From contig OZ024740.1 of the NCBI GenBank assembly GCA_964016885.1, positions 99,138,001 to 99,202,000 on the forward strand: a stretch of 64,000 nucleotides of DNA. The letters run 5' to 3'. This DNA comes from Eledone cirrhosa. Taxonomy: Eukaryota. Positions 41,917 to 54,982 of this stretch are shown piece by piece. The notes beneath the pieces are model-generated. The model searched no databases and was not told the DNA's origin. It was given only the letters and a program-made list of their open reading frames with translations. Position numbers and translations under genes: made by a program. Numbering within the stretch: the first letter of the stretch is position 1; each line of letters starts with the position of its first letter.

Positions 41917-42123
41917 CATGGAAATCTTTTAACCATCTTTTGATCTTATATATTATGTATACTCCAGTCCTACAAACTGTAGAGTCCTTCTTATCCGATA
42001 TCTGCATTGCTTTATTGTACTACAATAAAACTCACCTCCTACATTAACTTGCTCCTTAACGGTTGAGCGCTAACTCTCATATTGGATACCTTTTGATGGT
42101 CCTTTACCTTTTTCTTCTACAAC

Positions 42124-44511
42124 ATGGATTATTACAACATAACCAATTCAACTAAAGACATTCCTATACCTGGTAAATCTGAATTCACCAAACTTCTAAT
42201 TGAAAAAACTGACTCCTTTGTAAGAAGACTTAGATGGATAGCTTATTTCTATGACCAGCACCTAAAAGGGAACTTCTATACCATGCACCATAACTTCCTC
42301 GATCATCTATTTAATTCTAGAAGAAATCCTCCTTCCAACAAAAATCTAGTGCAATTCGAGGAAGAGTTAACAAATATTATAAAAAAATCTTAAATTCAAG
42401 AGATAGCCTTACAAAGGACAAGAGCACCTTGTAAATGTCAAAAACACAATTTCAAACCTAAATTCTTCAAAAAATGTTTTAGTCCTCTCTGACAAAACCA
42501 ATAATTTATATGGTATTTCCAAGGATAATTATAACTACCTTATCCTAAAGGAACTTAGGAAAAAATATCCTAAAACCAACCATGATAATTTAGAATCCAT
42601 AAACTTTGAAGCCTCTGAGATTATGTCAAAACTTGGCATCGGAAAAAAGACAGAACCATTCCCTACAAGAACTCCGAGGATAAATCTCAAGGATCACAAA
42701 AACAATTTTCGCACTGAACTACCTGTTAGATTAATCGCCCCCTCTAAATCAGATCTGGGGGTTGTTAGTAAAGCCATCTTGGATAGAATTATCCCACAGG
42801 TTCGTTCTAATTGCTCTTCTTTGAACTTAAATTTATGGTTTGGTACTTCTGAAGTGATTGGCTGGTTCAACAAATTGAATAATAAAAACAAACTAAAATT
42901 TGTTCAATTTGATATTGCCAGCTACTATTCTTCTATTTCGCCTTCACTTCTCAACAATGCTCTATCTTTCGCATTTAAATATTCTGACATCACCACTGAT
43001 GAACTTCACATCATTCTCACCGCACGTAAAACCATCCTTGAGTTCAACAATGAATATTGGACCCGAGCTGATACCTCTAACAACTTCGACATCACAATGG
43101 GAGCATCCGATTCATCCCAATTGACAGATTTAATTGGTATCTTTATTTTGAACTCTTTGAGTCGGAAAATTCCTCAACTTCGCGGTGGAATTTATCGTGG
43201 CGATGGACTCTTTACTATCTTAAATTGCAACATAGTTAACCTTAATATTATTAAGAACAATATACGTAATCTCTTTAACCAACATAACCTAAAAATTGAA
43301 TTTGATAACAGCATCAAACTAGCTAATTTCTTAATCTTGACACTGGCCTATATTACCCTTACCATAAAAACAATGAGAACATAAATTATGTTAATTTTAA
43401 ATCTAACCACCCTACTAATATTAGGAATGCTATAGTTAGTAATATTGGAAAAAGAATATCTAACCTATCTTCTAATAAAAACATCTTTGATGCTAACGCC
43501 AATTACTATAATAACGCGCTTTCTAAAGCCGGCTATCCTGATAAAATCAAATATAATAAAGAAACAAATTCTAGAAGATCTTACAGTAGAATAATTAATC
43601 ATGATCATTCCAATAACTTTAATAAACTACCTAGATACAAAAACATAATCTGGTATAATGCTCCTTTCTCCATCTCTATTAATAATAATATTCCTAAATT
43701 ATTCTTTAGTGCTTTAAATAAATGCTTCCCTCCCTCACATTTATTATAGTAAAATATTTAACAAACACACTATAAAATTTTCCTATTCGACATCCTCCAA
43801 CATTTCCAACATTATCTCTAAACACAACAATAAAATACTAAATGCTAAATCTCTTCCTTCCAATACTGAATATCATAATAATAGTAATAGTACTCCCGAC
43901 GTCATTGTAAACACTAGGTTAATTTCTGCAAACCCAAATATAACGTCAAACACAACTTCGCTAAATGTTCGTAATCCCATTCTAAATCAAGAAACTATAA
44001 TTCCTATAGCAAATAACTTGTCCAATCCAATTCCTTCTATAGATAACACAAGGTCACTCGTTAATAATCTCTCTAATCGCAATTGCAATTGCCCTGCTAA
44101 AAATAAATGTCCTCTCAACAACCATTGTCTTGATAAAAACTTAATCTACGAATGTAAAGTTATAACTGACACCAATTCCTTCACCTATTTTGGCTCCACT
44201 TCGACCTCCTTTAAAGCTCGTCTTTATAATCATCATTCGTCTTTTAAATACCAACTTAAAAGAACAGACACGGCTCTCTCAGAACTCATATGGTCCTTGA
44301 AAGACAAAAATATTAAATATAACATCTCTTGGAAAAAGGTTTCTTCTGCTTTTCATACTTAAACAGTTCTCTATCGAAGACTTGCAATCTCTGTCTAAAT
44401 GAAAAATTTACCATTATAGCTAATTTAGATTCTATAATAAATAGACGCACTGACTTGTTTTCTCTCTGCTTGCATAAATTCCACAGAACTTTCCATAAAG
44501 TATACAGCTAA
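42124..44511 (+). pseudogene. PLE RT/GIY-YIG ORF, frameshifted
   Basis: STKDIPIP...FVRRLRW N-terminus, LKDHK, VQFDIASYYSSI, FDITMGA, IYRGD instead of YRDD, CNCPAKNKCPL, LIYECKV...YFGST. Confidence 0.92.
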
Positions 44512-45672
44512 TATCCTAAACTTTATCAATTCAGAATCCTTTTCTCAAAGGCACACATATATATATATATACTTCTTTAAAAATATACCCATCTTTCTAC
44601 CTTATTTCAAAGTTATTTATTATACATTATATAATACGTGTTACTCATTCTATATCACTCCTATTTATCACTTCCCTTTCTTCCTTTTCCTTTTCTTTTC
44701 TTTTTCTTTTAATTTCTAACCCCTAATCTGTACCTTTTCTCAATGTGCCTAACATAGAAACAATTATTACACAATACAATATATTCTTACTTCATATCAC
44801 CTTGAAATAATCCTTCGTAAACATAAACATTTTTTTTTACGTTAGATTATACATCCTCTATTCATTATTTTTTTGTCACTTTCATCTACCTTATTCATGC
44901 TCATCTCACAATATATCCTTACTTACATTACTTTTGTTTTTTTTAATAATACATACCAACATTTTCTTTCCATCGCACATATTATTAAACCCTTAAATAT
45001 TATTCTTAATAGATATTAACTTTTTCTTTCCATCGCACATATTATTAAACCCTTAAATATTATTCTTAATACATATTAACAATTTCTTTTCATCGCACAT
45101 ATTATTAAACCCTTCAATATACAAACCTTAACTTTACATTATTTTTCTCTTCGTTAATTTTCAAATTCTTTTAATTTATACATTATCTTCCAACGGTGTC
45201 TCAACCTCTCTATGTAAAACAATATATTTTTCTCAGTTATAAAAGCTATCTCTCTCTCTCTATCACCCATCTCTCCTCCTATCTCATCCTTCCTCATTAT
45301 ACTCCTCCCCCTCCACTTTTTACTCTCATCTCCTCCTCTTTTTCATCCTTTCCAACCTCCTCCCCCCCTCAAAAAAAAATGTTCACCAATATCACACATC
45401 AATCTAAAACTACTTTTCATATGTTGATTTAAAACTGCACTATCCACAAGTGTTTTTAACCTTCATATCATGTCTTCCTATTTTATCTGATGAAAACACA
45501 AATGTTATTGTATGATGATATTTGTTTTTGAAATGCGCATAATAAAATACATGGAACTCTTTTAACCATCTTTTGATCTTATATATTATGTATACTCCAG
45601 TCCTACAAACTGTAGAGTGCTTCTTATCCGATATCTGCATTGCTTTATTGTACTAGAATAAAACTCACCTCC

Positions 45673-45731
<59 letters not shown>

Positions 45732-45839
45732 GTGATTTTTTTTTTTTTTTTTACAAAAGGAAAATTAGCCGAGGTGTCCTACACGAGTGAAAGTATAAAG
45801 AAAAAAATATGAAATCGAAAATGCAACTGGAGTCTTATT

Positions 45840-48240
45840 TAAAAATATATATATATATATTTATTTATAAGAGAGTATTGAAGTTTGCTTGAAGCATTGT
45901 GGAATAATAAGGTAAATTTCTTTAAGTCGTTTGGAAGCCTCGACAATGCAGATGGGTAAATCTCCAGGTAACAAGATCCGGTGGTGGAGAGAGAGATGTA
46001 AGTGGGTGTACGTTGAGATGCGTGGCGTGTATAAGACTGTAACGTGTAGAGGAATGAAGCAAAGAGCATAAAGGATAAAAATAAAAATAACAACACGAGA
46101 AAGTGTTACCTTGGGAGAGATTTAATTGTCCCTATATATTTCGAATTCACATCCATCAACTGGGTTTTTTTTCGGGGGGGGGGGGGAGAAGGTTGTCTGT
46201 CGGAAAGGTGCGAAACGTGTCGTCCGCTATTCGTTTATTTGAATATCTGAGGCATTCAGCAGAGCGCGCGTGTGCGTGAAATGGGGTCGGCCAGGCAGAG
46301 GTCAGCGGCCGAAGTAGTTCTTTCAATTGTGGGAGTGGGGTGGCGCTAGCTGTCAGTCCATTCTCTGCCTGTTTGGTGAATGTTACTGTGTGTGTGTGTG
46401 TGTGTGCGCGTGTGTTGTTGTCTCGCTTGAGTGTGTGAGTGTGTGCGTGTGTTGTTGCCTGTTCCTCTGTATTGGCAGTGTAGTATGTTCGTATGGTAGA
46501 ATGCTACTGCGTGTGTTGCTGCATCGTTTGTTAACTTAAACAAACCACCTCATTTCGCTTCTCTGGGATCGGTTGTTTAATTGTGGCCCTAGGCGTTTGA
46601 TCCAAAGTGCTTCCTTGATACGTAACGTGCCGACGTTTCTTTCTGTCGCTAGAATTGTGACAATGGACCTTCCGTCTTTGTTTCCGCATTTGGCTATGTC
46701 TTTTCGGAAAGACGAGGCCCTGGTTTTAGTGTGTTCCTTGACCCGGATGTGCAACGGCCGGATTGTGCTACCTATATAGTATTGGTTGCACTTGTTACAT
46801 TCTATCTTATACACGACGTATGTCCGTAGGCAACAGTTCGCATGGCGCATCGGGCAGTCTCTGAGTGAGCACCGACAGTTGATTTCCCGGGTTTCCTGGA
46901 GAGGCATCTTTGCAGGGAGAGGCCCGAGTGGGCCAGGTGGATGTCGAGGCCCTCCCTCCGTATAGCCTTGCGGATAGCGTTGGTGGTATTCTCGCCCAGG
47001 TGTGGCATTTTAAGAAAGCACTTGCAATGGGTGCCTCTCTGTCTCTTGTATCTGGTGTCTCCTACTCTGTCTGTGATTGAGGTAGGGTACCCGTTCGTCT
47101 CCAGCACCTCGAGGAATCGCTTGGTATGAGGGACACCACTCGCGGGATCGCTGCATCTGTTTTTGATTCGCACGATCTCGTTCGTGATGTATCCTCTTTT
47201 GGCACTGTTAGGGAGGGCTGACTTGTAGTGAACGAATAGGTCCCTGCAGGTTGCCTTTCGGTAGATGTTGCAGTGGATCCCTCCTTGTTCCGTGATGTTG
47301 ATTCGGAAGTCGAGAAGGGTAAGTGACCCGTGGTCGTTGGGGTGTTCAACACTGAAGTCAATGTTCTCGTCCGTGTTGTTGAACGTCTCATAGATTCTGT
47401 TCGCCATGTCTTGGGAAGATGTGAGGATGAGGATATCGTCCACGTACCTCGAGAAAAAGGCGACGGCGTTGGGTTGGCAGGCGTTGAGTGCCTTGCGCTC
47501 GAGGCTGTCCATGTAATAGATCGCTAGCACACCCGACAGGCTTGATCCCATGGGCAGTGCCGAGGTTTGTTGGTATGTTTGGTCAAGGAATCCGAAGTAG
47601 GTGTTGTCGACGACGATGGATAGGAGTTGGTGGATGTCAGTGGTGGTGTGCCCAAAGCAGTGTAGGTCGGTGGATTGGACGCGTTCCATCAGTATATTGA
47701 CGGCCGGGAGCGCCGGGACCGAGGTGTAGAAAGCGACTACATCAAGGCTGAAGGCATATTTGTTATTCTTTCTGGTGTCGGGATCCATATGATGCAGGCG
47801 CTTCAACACCTCCCCGGAGCTGTTAACGTGTCCCGGCAAGGTGTCTAAGATGGCCGTTGACCTCTGCATGACCGACCCCATTTCACGCGCACGCGCGCTC
47901 TGCTGAATACCTCAGATATTCAAAACAACGAACAGCGGAGGACACGTTTCGCACCTTTCCGACAGAAAACATCCCCCCCCCCCGGAAAGAAACCCCAGTT
48001 GATGGATGTGAATCCGAAATATATAGGGACAATTAAATCTCTCCCAAGGTAAATCTTTCTCGTGTTGTTATTTTTATTTTATCCTTTACGCTCTTTGTTT
48101 CATTCCTCTACACGTTACAGTCTTATACACGCCACGCATCTCAACGTACACCCACTTACGTCTCTCTCTCCACCACCGGATCTTGTTACCATCTGCATTG
48201 TCGAGGCTTCCAAACGACTTAAAGGAATATATTTATTTAG
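45840..48240 (-). mobile_element. Penelope/Poseidon-type PLE, 5'-truncated, with an inverted 3' UTR copy
   Basis: RT 46802-47850 (SLDVVAFYTSVP, LPMGSSLS, RYVDDIL, LLDF, YRK), frameshift near 46885 into GIY-YIG (VVYKIECNKCNQYYIGST, EALWI...PQLN). 47852-48225 is the reverse complement of ~45920-46310. Confidence 0.93.
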
Positions 48241-48308
48241 TTCCTTTACCGGTTTCGCAGTTCTTCTGCTTTTCAAAAGTAGAGTTGAGATGGAGGGTCT
48301 GTGGTTTT

Positions 48309-48349
<41 letters not shown>

Positions 48350-48824
48350 ATGATATGTATGCACACAAATATTTATATATGTGTATATCATTATGATGTG
48401 TGCATGTGTGTATATGTATATTTGTATATTATACTGGTACCACAAAACATCCAGCCCACACTGTAAAGTGGATGTGTAAAAGACACGGCAAAAAGAACCC
48501 ACCATACACTGTCAATGGGGTTGGCAATTACTCTGTGTGGATTTCAGAAAGATAGGTGTAATTTCTTCATATCTACAAATTATGTTCAAATATTATGTGT
48601 AACAGTTTGTACGAAAAGTGGAAGCCGTAACGGCTCTCACTTTTCATGAAGACAGCTGTATATTTGTTGTATAATTATTTATTTTTGTGTGTATGTGACT
48701 TGTAACTGTGTTAAAGATTCTATGTATCAACCATTACAGTTCTCCCTTCCCACCCACACCACATTCGGTATACATGTCCGATGCTGTATGCTATTCACTC
48801 CCTCGTGCATATATAATAGAATAG

Positions 48825-51800
48825 ACAAGGGGTGGACGGAGGCTCCGTAAGCCGTAATGTAGGCAACACGTCTAGGAGAGCTAACACTCCAAATAAACTG
48901 GTGTGGGGTAGAGAAGTCCCCTAAGTCCAGTAAGACAACTTCCCTAGTGCTGGTGGTATGAATAAAAACACCCAGTCCAAGCTGTAAAATGGAGGGGTAG
49001 ATATGGCCTCTGAGTCCAGTAAGACGACCTCTCTAGTGCTGGTGGCACAAATAAAAGCACCCAGTCCATGCTGTAAAGTGGTGCTTGTGTTAGGAAGGGC
49101 ATCCAACCAGTATATATACTACTACCAAAATCTATGAGTGCAACAAAGAAATTTGCAACAACTGCGTAAACAGCAATAATACTAACCATGTTAGGGCTGC
49201 ACACGGTAGTGGAGTGACTGGTGCGGCTATGTGCGAGAACCCCCCGACCGTCATCAAGCAATCGCACAAAAACAACTGCATAAACAGCAAAAATACTAAC
49301 CATGTTAAGGCTGCGCACGATGATGGGGTGGTTGGTGAGGCCATATATGAGAACCCCACGACCGTCATCAAGCAATCGCACAACAGGAAAAAGAATGGGA
49401 CGTCGCATCTGAGAGTTGCCACACTTAATGTTGGCACTCTAACAGGTAGATCTGGTGAGATAGCGGCGATGCTGGAGAGAAGGCATGTGGATGTGTGCTG
49501 TGTGCAAGAGTTGAGATGGAGAGGTGCCTCTGCAAGACTAATCGCAGGCAAAAATCATAGTTATAAGATTTTCTGGGTGGGTAATGATGATGGGTTAGGT
49601 GGGGTGGGTATATTACTGACTGAGAGATGGATCAATAAGACAATAGAGGTAGTTAGAGTTAGTGATAGAATAATTAAGCTTAGATTAGCTGTAGGCAAGA
49701 GACTACTGACAATCATCTCTGCCTATGTTCCCCAGGCAGGCCTATGTAAAGAAGAGAAAGACTGCTTTTACGAGCAACCTTTACAGACAGCCTCAATGAC
49801 AGAGGACAGAGACATCGTTATGCTAGCAGGGGACTTCAATGGACATGTTGGACAGCTCCAGGATGAATACACTGGGGTACAGAGTGGGCACGGTTACGGC
49901 TCGAGAAATGAAGAAGGAGTGAGACTTCTTGAATTTTGTGATGCAAATGCACTAACCACGTGCAACACTAACTTCCAGAACCCTACCAACAACCTAATAA
50001 CCTACAACTCAGGTGAGCACATAAGCCAGATTGACTTCCTGCTAGTTAGACAGCGAGACAGACAGATGGTGTCAAATACTAATGCATATCCTGGGGAAGA
50101 ATGTACCCCACAGCATAGGTTAGTCATTAGTGATATCTCAGTAAGCAAGAGAAAGAATGAGACATACAGGAAGGTGTGGAAAAGAAAGGTCTGGAAGCTA
50201 AAAGACCTTCCATTAATATATAAATTAGCAAAGCCCTTCAAGACCTGTGTGACGAAAATGAAGACAATTTAGAGTTGTAGGACATAGATGATAACTGGAA
50301 TTTCTTGCGTGAGAATTTATTGCAGGCTAATGAAGGAACTTGTGGTTGGGGCAGAGCTTCAACCAGACAGAGAGTGACCTGGTGGTGGAACAGCACGGTA
50401 GATAGGGCCATTAGAGACAAAAGACTAGCATGGAAATCTCTGAACCATGGTGGGAGTAGAGACGGATACACAGCCACTAAGAGAGAAGCTAGACGTCAGG
50501 TATACTTAGCACGCAGGGAGGCTGAGAGTAGGAGGTTTGCCAATGTTCTGCGACGGGAAGATCAGAGACGTGCGGTGTTCCGCATTGCGAGGCAGTGAGT
50601 CAGTGCAAATCAGGATGTTGTTGGAGATAAGTGTGTCCGGGATGATGCCGGTGTACTTAGTGTCACGAATGATCAAAAAAAGGAGGCCTGGAAATGTCAT
50701 TATGAGAGACTGATGAATGTAGAGAATGAATGGGACAGAGAGGAATTTCCCCAGTAGACCCGACAGAGGGACAAGCTATTGAGTTTGACGAATTTAGGGT
50801 ACAAGAGGCAATTAAGGAAATGAAGAATGGTAAGGCTGCTGGACCGCCAGGTATAGTTGCTGAGATGCTGAAGGCATCAGGAGGAGTAGGTACTAAACTT
50901 GCTGCATGCATCATTAATCAAGCTATATATGGTGGTGTCATACCCAAATACTGTTGCAGCAGTATTCTCATAAATAGCTAGAAAGGTAAAGGCGATGCTC
51001 TAGAGATTAACAATCATAGGGGCATAAAGCTGATTGATGGATCAGGTTATGAAAGTGGCTGAGAGAATATTAGCGCAACTGATTAGAGAAAGGGTCAAAT
51101 TAGATGAGATTCAGTTTGGTTTTGTGCCTGGGAAAAGTACAACAGATGCCCTCTTCTTAGTGAGGCAACTACAAGAGAGGTTCTTAGAGAAGAATAAGCC
51201 ACTATACTTAGTTTTTGTTGACCTAGAGAAGGCCTTTGATAGGGTAGCCCAATTTGTCATCTGGTGGTCTTTAAGGAAACTAGGTGTTGAGGAATGGCTT
51301 GTGAGGACAGTGCAAGCTATGTACAGGGGTGCTGTCAGTAAAGTAAGAATAGGAATGAAGTTTAGTGAGGAATTCCAGATACAAGTAGGTGTGCATCAAG
51401 GATCGGTCCTCAGCCCACACTTGTTCATTATAGTCCTCCAAGCCATAACAGAGTAGTTTAAGACTGGATGCCCATGGGAACTTCTCTATGCTGATGATCT
51501 GGTTCTTATAGCAGAATCAGTAGAGGAGCTATAGAATAAATTCTGGCTATGGAAAAAGCAGTTGGAATCAAGAGGCCTGAGAGTGAACCTAGCTAAGACA
51601 AAAGTGTTGATAAGTAGAAGAGAGGACAAAACTCTGATTCCATCAGGGAAATGGCCATGCTCGATATGTAGGAAAGGAAATGGCATTAATTCCATAAAAT
51701 GTACGCAATGCAGGTCTTGGGTACACAAGAGATGTAGTGGGGCAGCAGGCAAACTAACAGGTAGGGGAAACTACGTATGCAGTAGATGTACAGGGAAAGA

Positions 51801-52206
51801 TGGCAGTAGTAATCGCAGTGATAGACTCATGGGCAGCAACTGCAGAAGATATGCGATAGCTGGTGAGAAATGAAGCAAGTATGCTCCGTTTGCATGTGCA
51901 ATGTCAATGTGCGTGAACGACCAAGCATAGACGAGTTGAGAAAGAAACTGGGTATAAGAGGGATAAGTTGTGGTGTGCAGGAGATAAGGCTGAAATGGGA
52001 TGGACATGTGATGCGCATGGAGGGTGACCGCTGGGTAAAGAAATGCCAAGAATCCCAGCAGAAGGAAGACGCAATAGAGGTAGACCACGAAAAACAGAGG
52101 CGGAGGTGGTGAGAGTAGACCTCAGATCTCTGAAACTCACCGAGGAGATGACGAAGGGCCGCAAGCAGGGAAAAGTGGACGTCAAATGATGATGATGACG
52201 ATGATG

Positions 52207-52207
<1 letters not shown>
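48825..52207 (+). mobile_element. RTE LINE, near full length, decayed
   Basis: 5' UTR; APE 49214-50272 (VATLNVGTL, CVQE, GDFNGHVG, IDF, QHRLV); RT (QFGFVPGKSTTDA, FVDLEKAFDRV, GVHQGSVLSP, YADDL); Cys/His finger; (TGA)n tail. Contains stops, frameshifts and an internal deletion near 51.8 kb. Confidence 0.94.
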
Positions 52208-52238
<31 letters not shown>

Positions 52239-52284
52239 ATAGGTGTATAGGTGCACGATTCTTTATTCCTTTATTCTTATACTA

Positions 52285-52580
52285 TATCATCATAATCATC
52301 ATCATCATTTTACGTCTGCTTTTCCCTGCTTGCAAGGGTGGGACGGGAACTGATTCTGGCTTGATTTCTACAGATGGATGCCCTTCCTAACACCAAACGC
52401 ATTTACAGTGGGTACTGGGTGCTTTTTTGCCGTGGCGCCTCCACGAGCACTTTACAGTGGAATGATAGGGACTCCAGTCTCTATCATCTCATTTCTACAG
52501 CTGAGTAAACTGGAGCAATGCGAAATAAAGTGTCTTGCTCAAGGAAACAACACATCACCCGTTCTGAGAATTGAACTCAT
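52285..52580 (-). mobile_element. SINE: tRNA B box, CORE-like domain and RTE-type tail
   Basis: Minus strand GAGTTCAATTC...CCTTGAGCAAGACACTTTATTTC...GTTAGGAAGGGCATCC...(GAT)n. Confidence 0.7.
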
Positions 52581-52600
52581 ATATATATGTATATATATAT

Positions 52601-53210
52601 ATGGTAGCTGCCAACTCGTTTTCGAGTACGGCCACTACTTTATATCCATGTAGGAGAACCCTTACCAATGTGCTGAACGAGTGTGACTTTTTAGTCCAGC
52701 CAGCAACTTGAAAACTCTGGTACAAACACTACACTTGTGACAATTACTGACACATAGTGCTGGGCCCATGGTACCATGTGATGACAAGTGCAGAGAGATC
52801 TCCAGATATAAAGCAATGCCTGTGCCGTGAAGCTTTTATAGTGAGCAAAGGCACTGCACAAACCAGTCCCACTCTCTTAACCAAGATGATATTTACCAAA
52901 AAGAAGAACAAGTCAACATCATTGGATACCATCAGGGTTGCAGGTGTTATATCAGAGTTTTCCTTATCCTAGAATTCTGCCTTGACAAAGGCTAAGGGGT
53001 CATCTCACCCAGTGAATTTGGATGGCCATTGACTCTTAAGAGCTCTTTTGCCCTGTGACAGATTTTGTTTTTAGTCCTGCAGGATGTCCAAAGTCACCCT
53101 CCTCACCGAGAAACCTTGGTGGGGTTGCAAGTTTAGTCGCCAATGACCCGACCATGAGACAGGTTGTACTGGGATATATGTTACCAGTAGCATCAACTGG
53201 TGACCTGACA
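52601..53210 (-). mobile_element. ~610-bp non-coding repeat resembling an RTE 5' UTR (copies 61544-62136 and 62154-62763)
   Basis: Three copies with shared endpoints. The minus-strand motif AAGGCAGAATTCTAGGAxAAGGAAAACTCTGA resembles GGCAACACGTCTAGGAGAGCTAACACTCC in the RTE 5' UTR at ~48865. Confidence 0.6.
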
Positions 53211-53236
53211 TACATATACATACATACATACATACA

Positions 53237-53272
<36 letters not shown>

Positions 53273-54896
53273 TATGAAATACGTCCCTTCACGCACAAGG
53301 CGCCAAGGTACGCATGTATTGTCCAACCAAGTGCCAATGTGGTTCAATGGCGGGTTAATAAATTAACGAGCCAGAACAAATATAAACAAGGTTTAGTAAA
53401 TAATGAAAAAGTTTCAAAATAAATTTTAAAAAATTGACTTTACCTACTATAGTTACCTTTACCGATCGGTTTCGAATCCCAAAAATAAAACGGAGACCAT
53501 ACGGCCTTCGTTGCAAAGAGAGATTCTCGGCAGAAGGTTCTTTTCATTCAAAGAATATAAAATTCCTGAATTTAAATCACAGACTAGCGCTATCAAAAAC
53601 TGTTCCTGGGATGAGAGTGGATGATGTAGAACAGGTTTATCAAGGGCCGTAGCAAAGATAGAGGCAAAAGGAGGTAGGTCAAACTAGACACCGCTGTTGC
53701 CAGCAGCAGTCGGAATGACCCGGTTTGTTCTCAACGTTAGTGGAGGTAGTAGTAATATGAAATACGTCCCTTCACGCACAAGGCGCCAAGGTACGCATGT
53801 ATTGTCCAACCAAGTGCCAATGTGGTTCAATGGCGGGTTAATAAATCAACGAGCCAGAACAAATATAAACAAGGTTTAGTAAATAATGAAAAAGTTTCAA
53901 AATAAATTTTAAAAAGTTGACTTTACCTACTATAGTTACCTTTACCGATCGGTTTCGAATCCCAAAAATAAAACGGAGACCATACGGCCTTCGTTGCAAA
54001 GAGAGATTCTCGTCAGAAGGTTCTTTTCATTCAAAGAATATAAAATTCCTGAATTTAAATCACAGACTAGCGCTATCAAAAACTGTTCCTGGGATGAGAG
54101 TGGATGATGTAGAACAGGTTTATCAAGGGCCGTAGCGAAGATAGAGGCAAAAGGAGGTAGGTCAAACTAGCCACCGCTGTTGCCAGCAGCAGTCGGAATG
54201 ACCCGGTTTAGTGATTTAGTCTGTGATTTAAATTCAGGAATTTTATATTCTTTGAATGAAAAGAACCTTCTGACGAGAATCTCTCTTTGCAACGAAGGCC
54301 GTATGGTCTCCGTTTTATTTTTGGGATTCGAAACCGATCGGTAAAGGTAACTATAGTAGGTAAAGTCAATTTTTTAAAATTTATTTTGAAACTTTTTCAT
54401 TATTTACTAAACCTTGTTTATATTTGTTCTGGCTCGTTAATTTATTAACCCGCCATTAAACCACATTGGCACTTGGTTGGACAATACATGCGTACCTTGG
54501 CGCCTTGTGCGTGAAGGGACGTATTTCATATTACTACTACCTCCACTAACGTTGAGAACAAACCGGGTCATTCCGACTGCTGCTGGCAACAGCGGTGGCT
54601 AGTTTGACCTACCTCCTTTTGCCTCTATCTTTGCTACGGCCCTTGATAAACCTGTTCTACATCATCCACTCTCATCCCAGGAACAGTTTTTGATAGCGCT
54701 AGTCTGTGATTTAAATTCAGGAATTTTATATTCTTTGAATGAAAAGAACCTTCTGACGAGAATCTCTCTTTGCAACGAAGGCCGTATGGTCTCCGTTTTA
54801 TTTTTGGGATTCGAAACCGATCGGTAAAGGTAACTATAGTAGGTAAAGTCAATTTTTTAAAATTTATTTTGAAACTTTTTCATTATTTACTAAACC

Positions 54897-54903
<7 letters not shown>
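53273..54903. repeat. 483-bp hammerhead-bearing tandem plus inverted array (retrozyme-like or pLTR-only PLE derivative)
   Basis: Units 53273-53755 and 53756-54209, then ~1.4 inverted units at 54217-54903. Near-identical and flanked by microsatellite. Confidence 0.92.
54265..54348 (+). ncRNA. Type I hammerhead (copies 54748-54831 on +, 53938-54021 on -, and 53455-53538 on - with core mutation A6C)
   Basis: ACCUU-CUGACGA-GAAUCUC...GGGAUUC-GAAA-CCGAUCG-GUA-AAGGU. Confidence 0.92.

Positions 54904-54982
<79 letters not shown>

Larger units (their letters stand above)
39789..45677 (+). mobile_element. Full-length Penelope-like element with tandem pLTRs plus an inverted 5'-truncated copy
   Basis: Inverted EN plus 3' UTR at 39789-41280, upstream pLTR 41281-42043 (matches 44899-45677), ORF 42124-44511, and three hammerheads. 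Confidence 0.95.

Noticed and set aside
53434-53652. Repeated 72-aa ORF (MTLPTIVTF...) as a small protein gene
   Set aside because: It starts at TTG, is antisense to the ribozyme, and differs from the 11.6-kb relative by indels and mostly non-synonymous changes. The frame is restored after a +1/-1 pair, so a dN/dS test on more copies would settle it.
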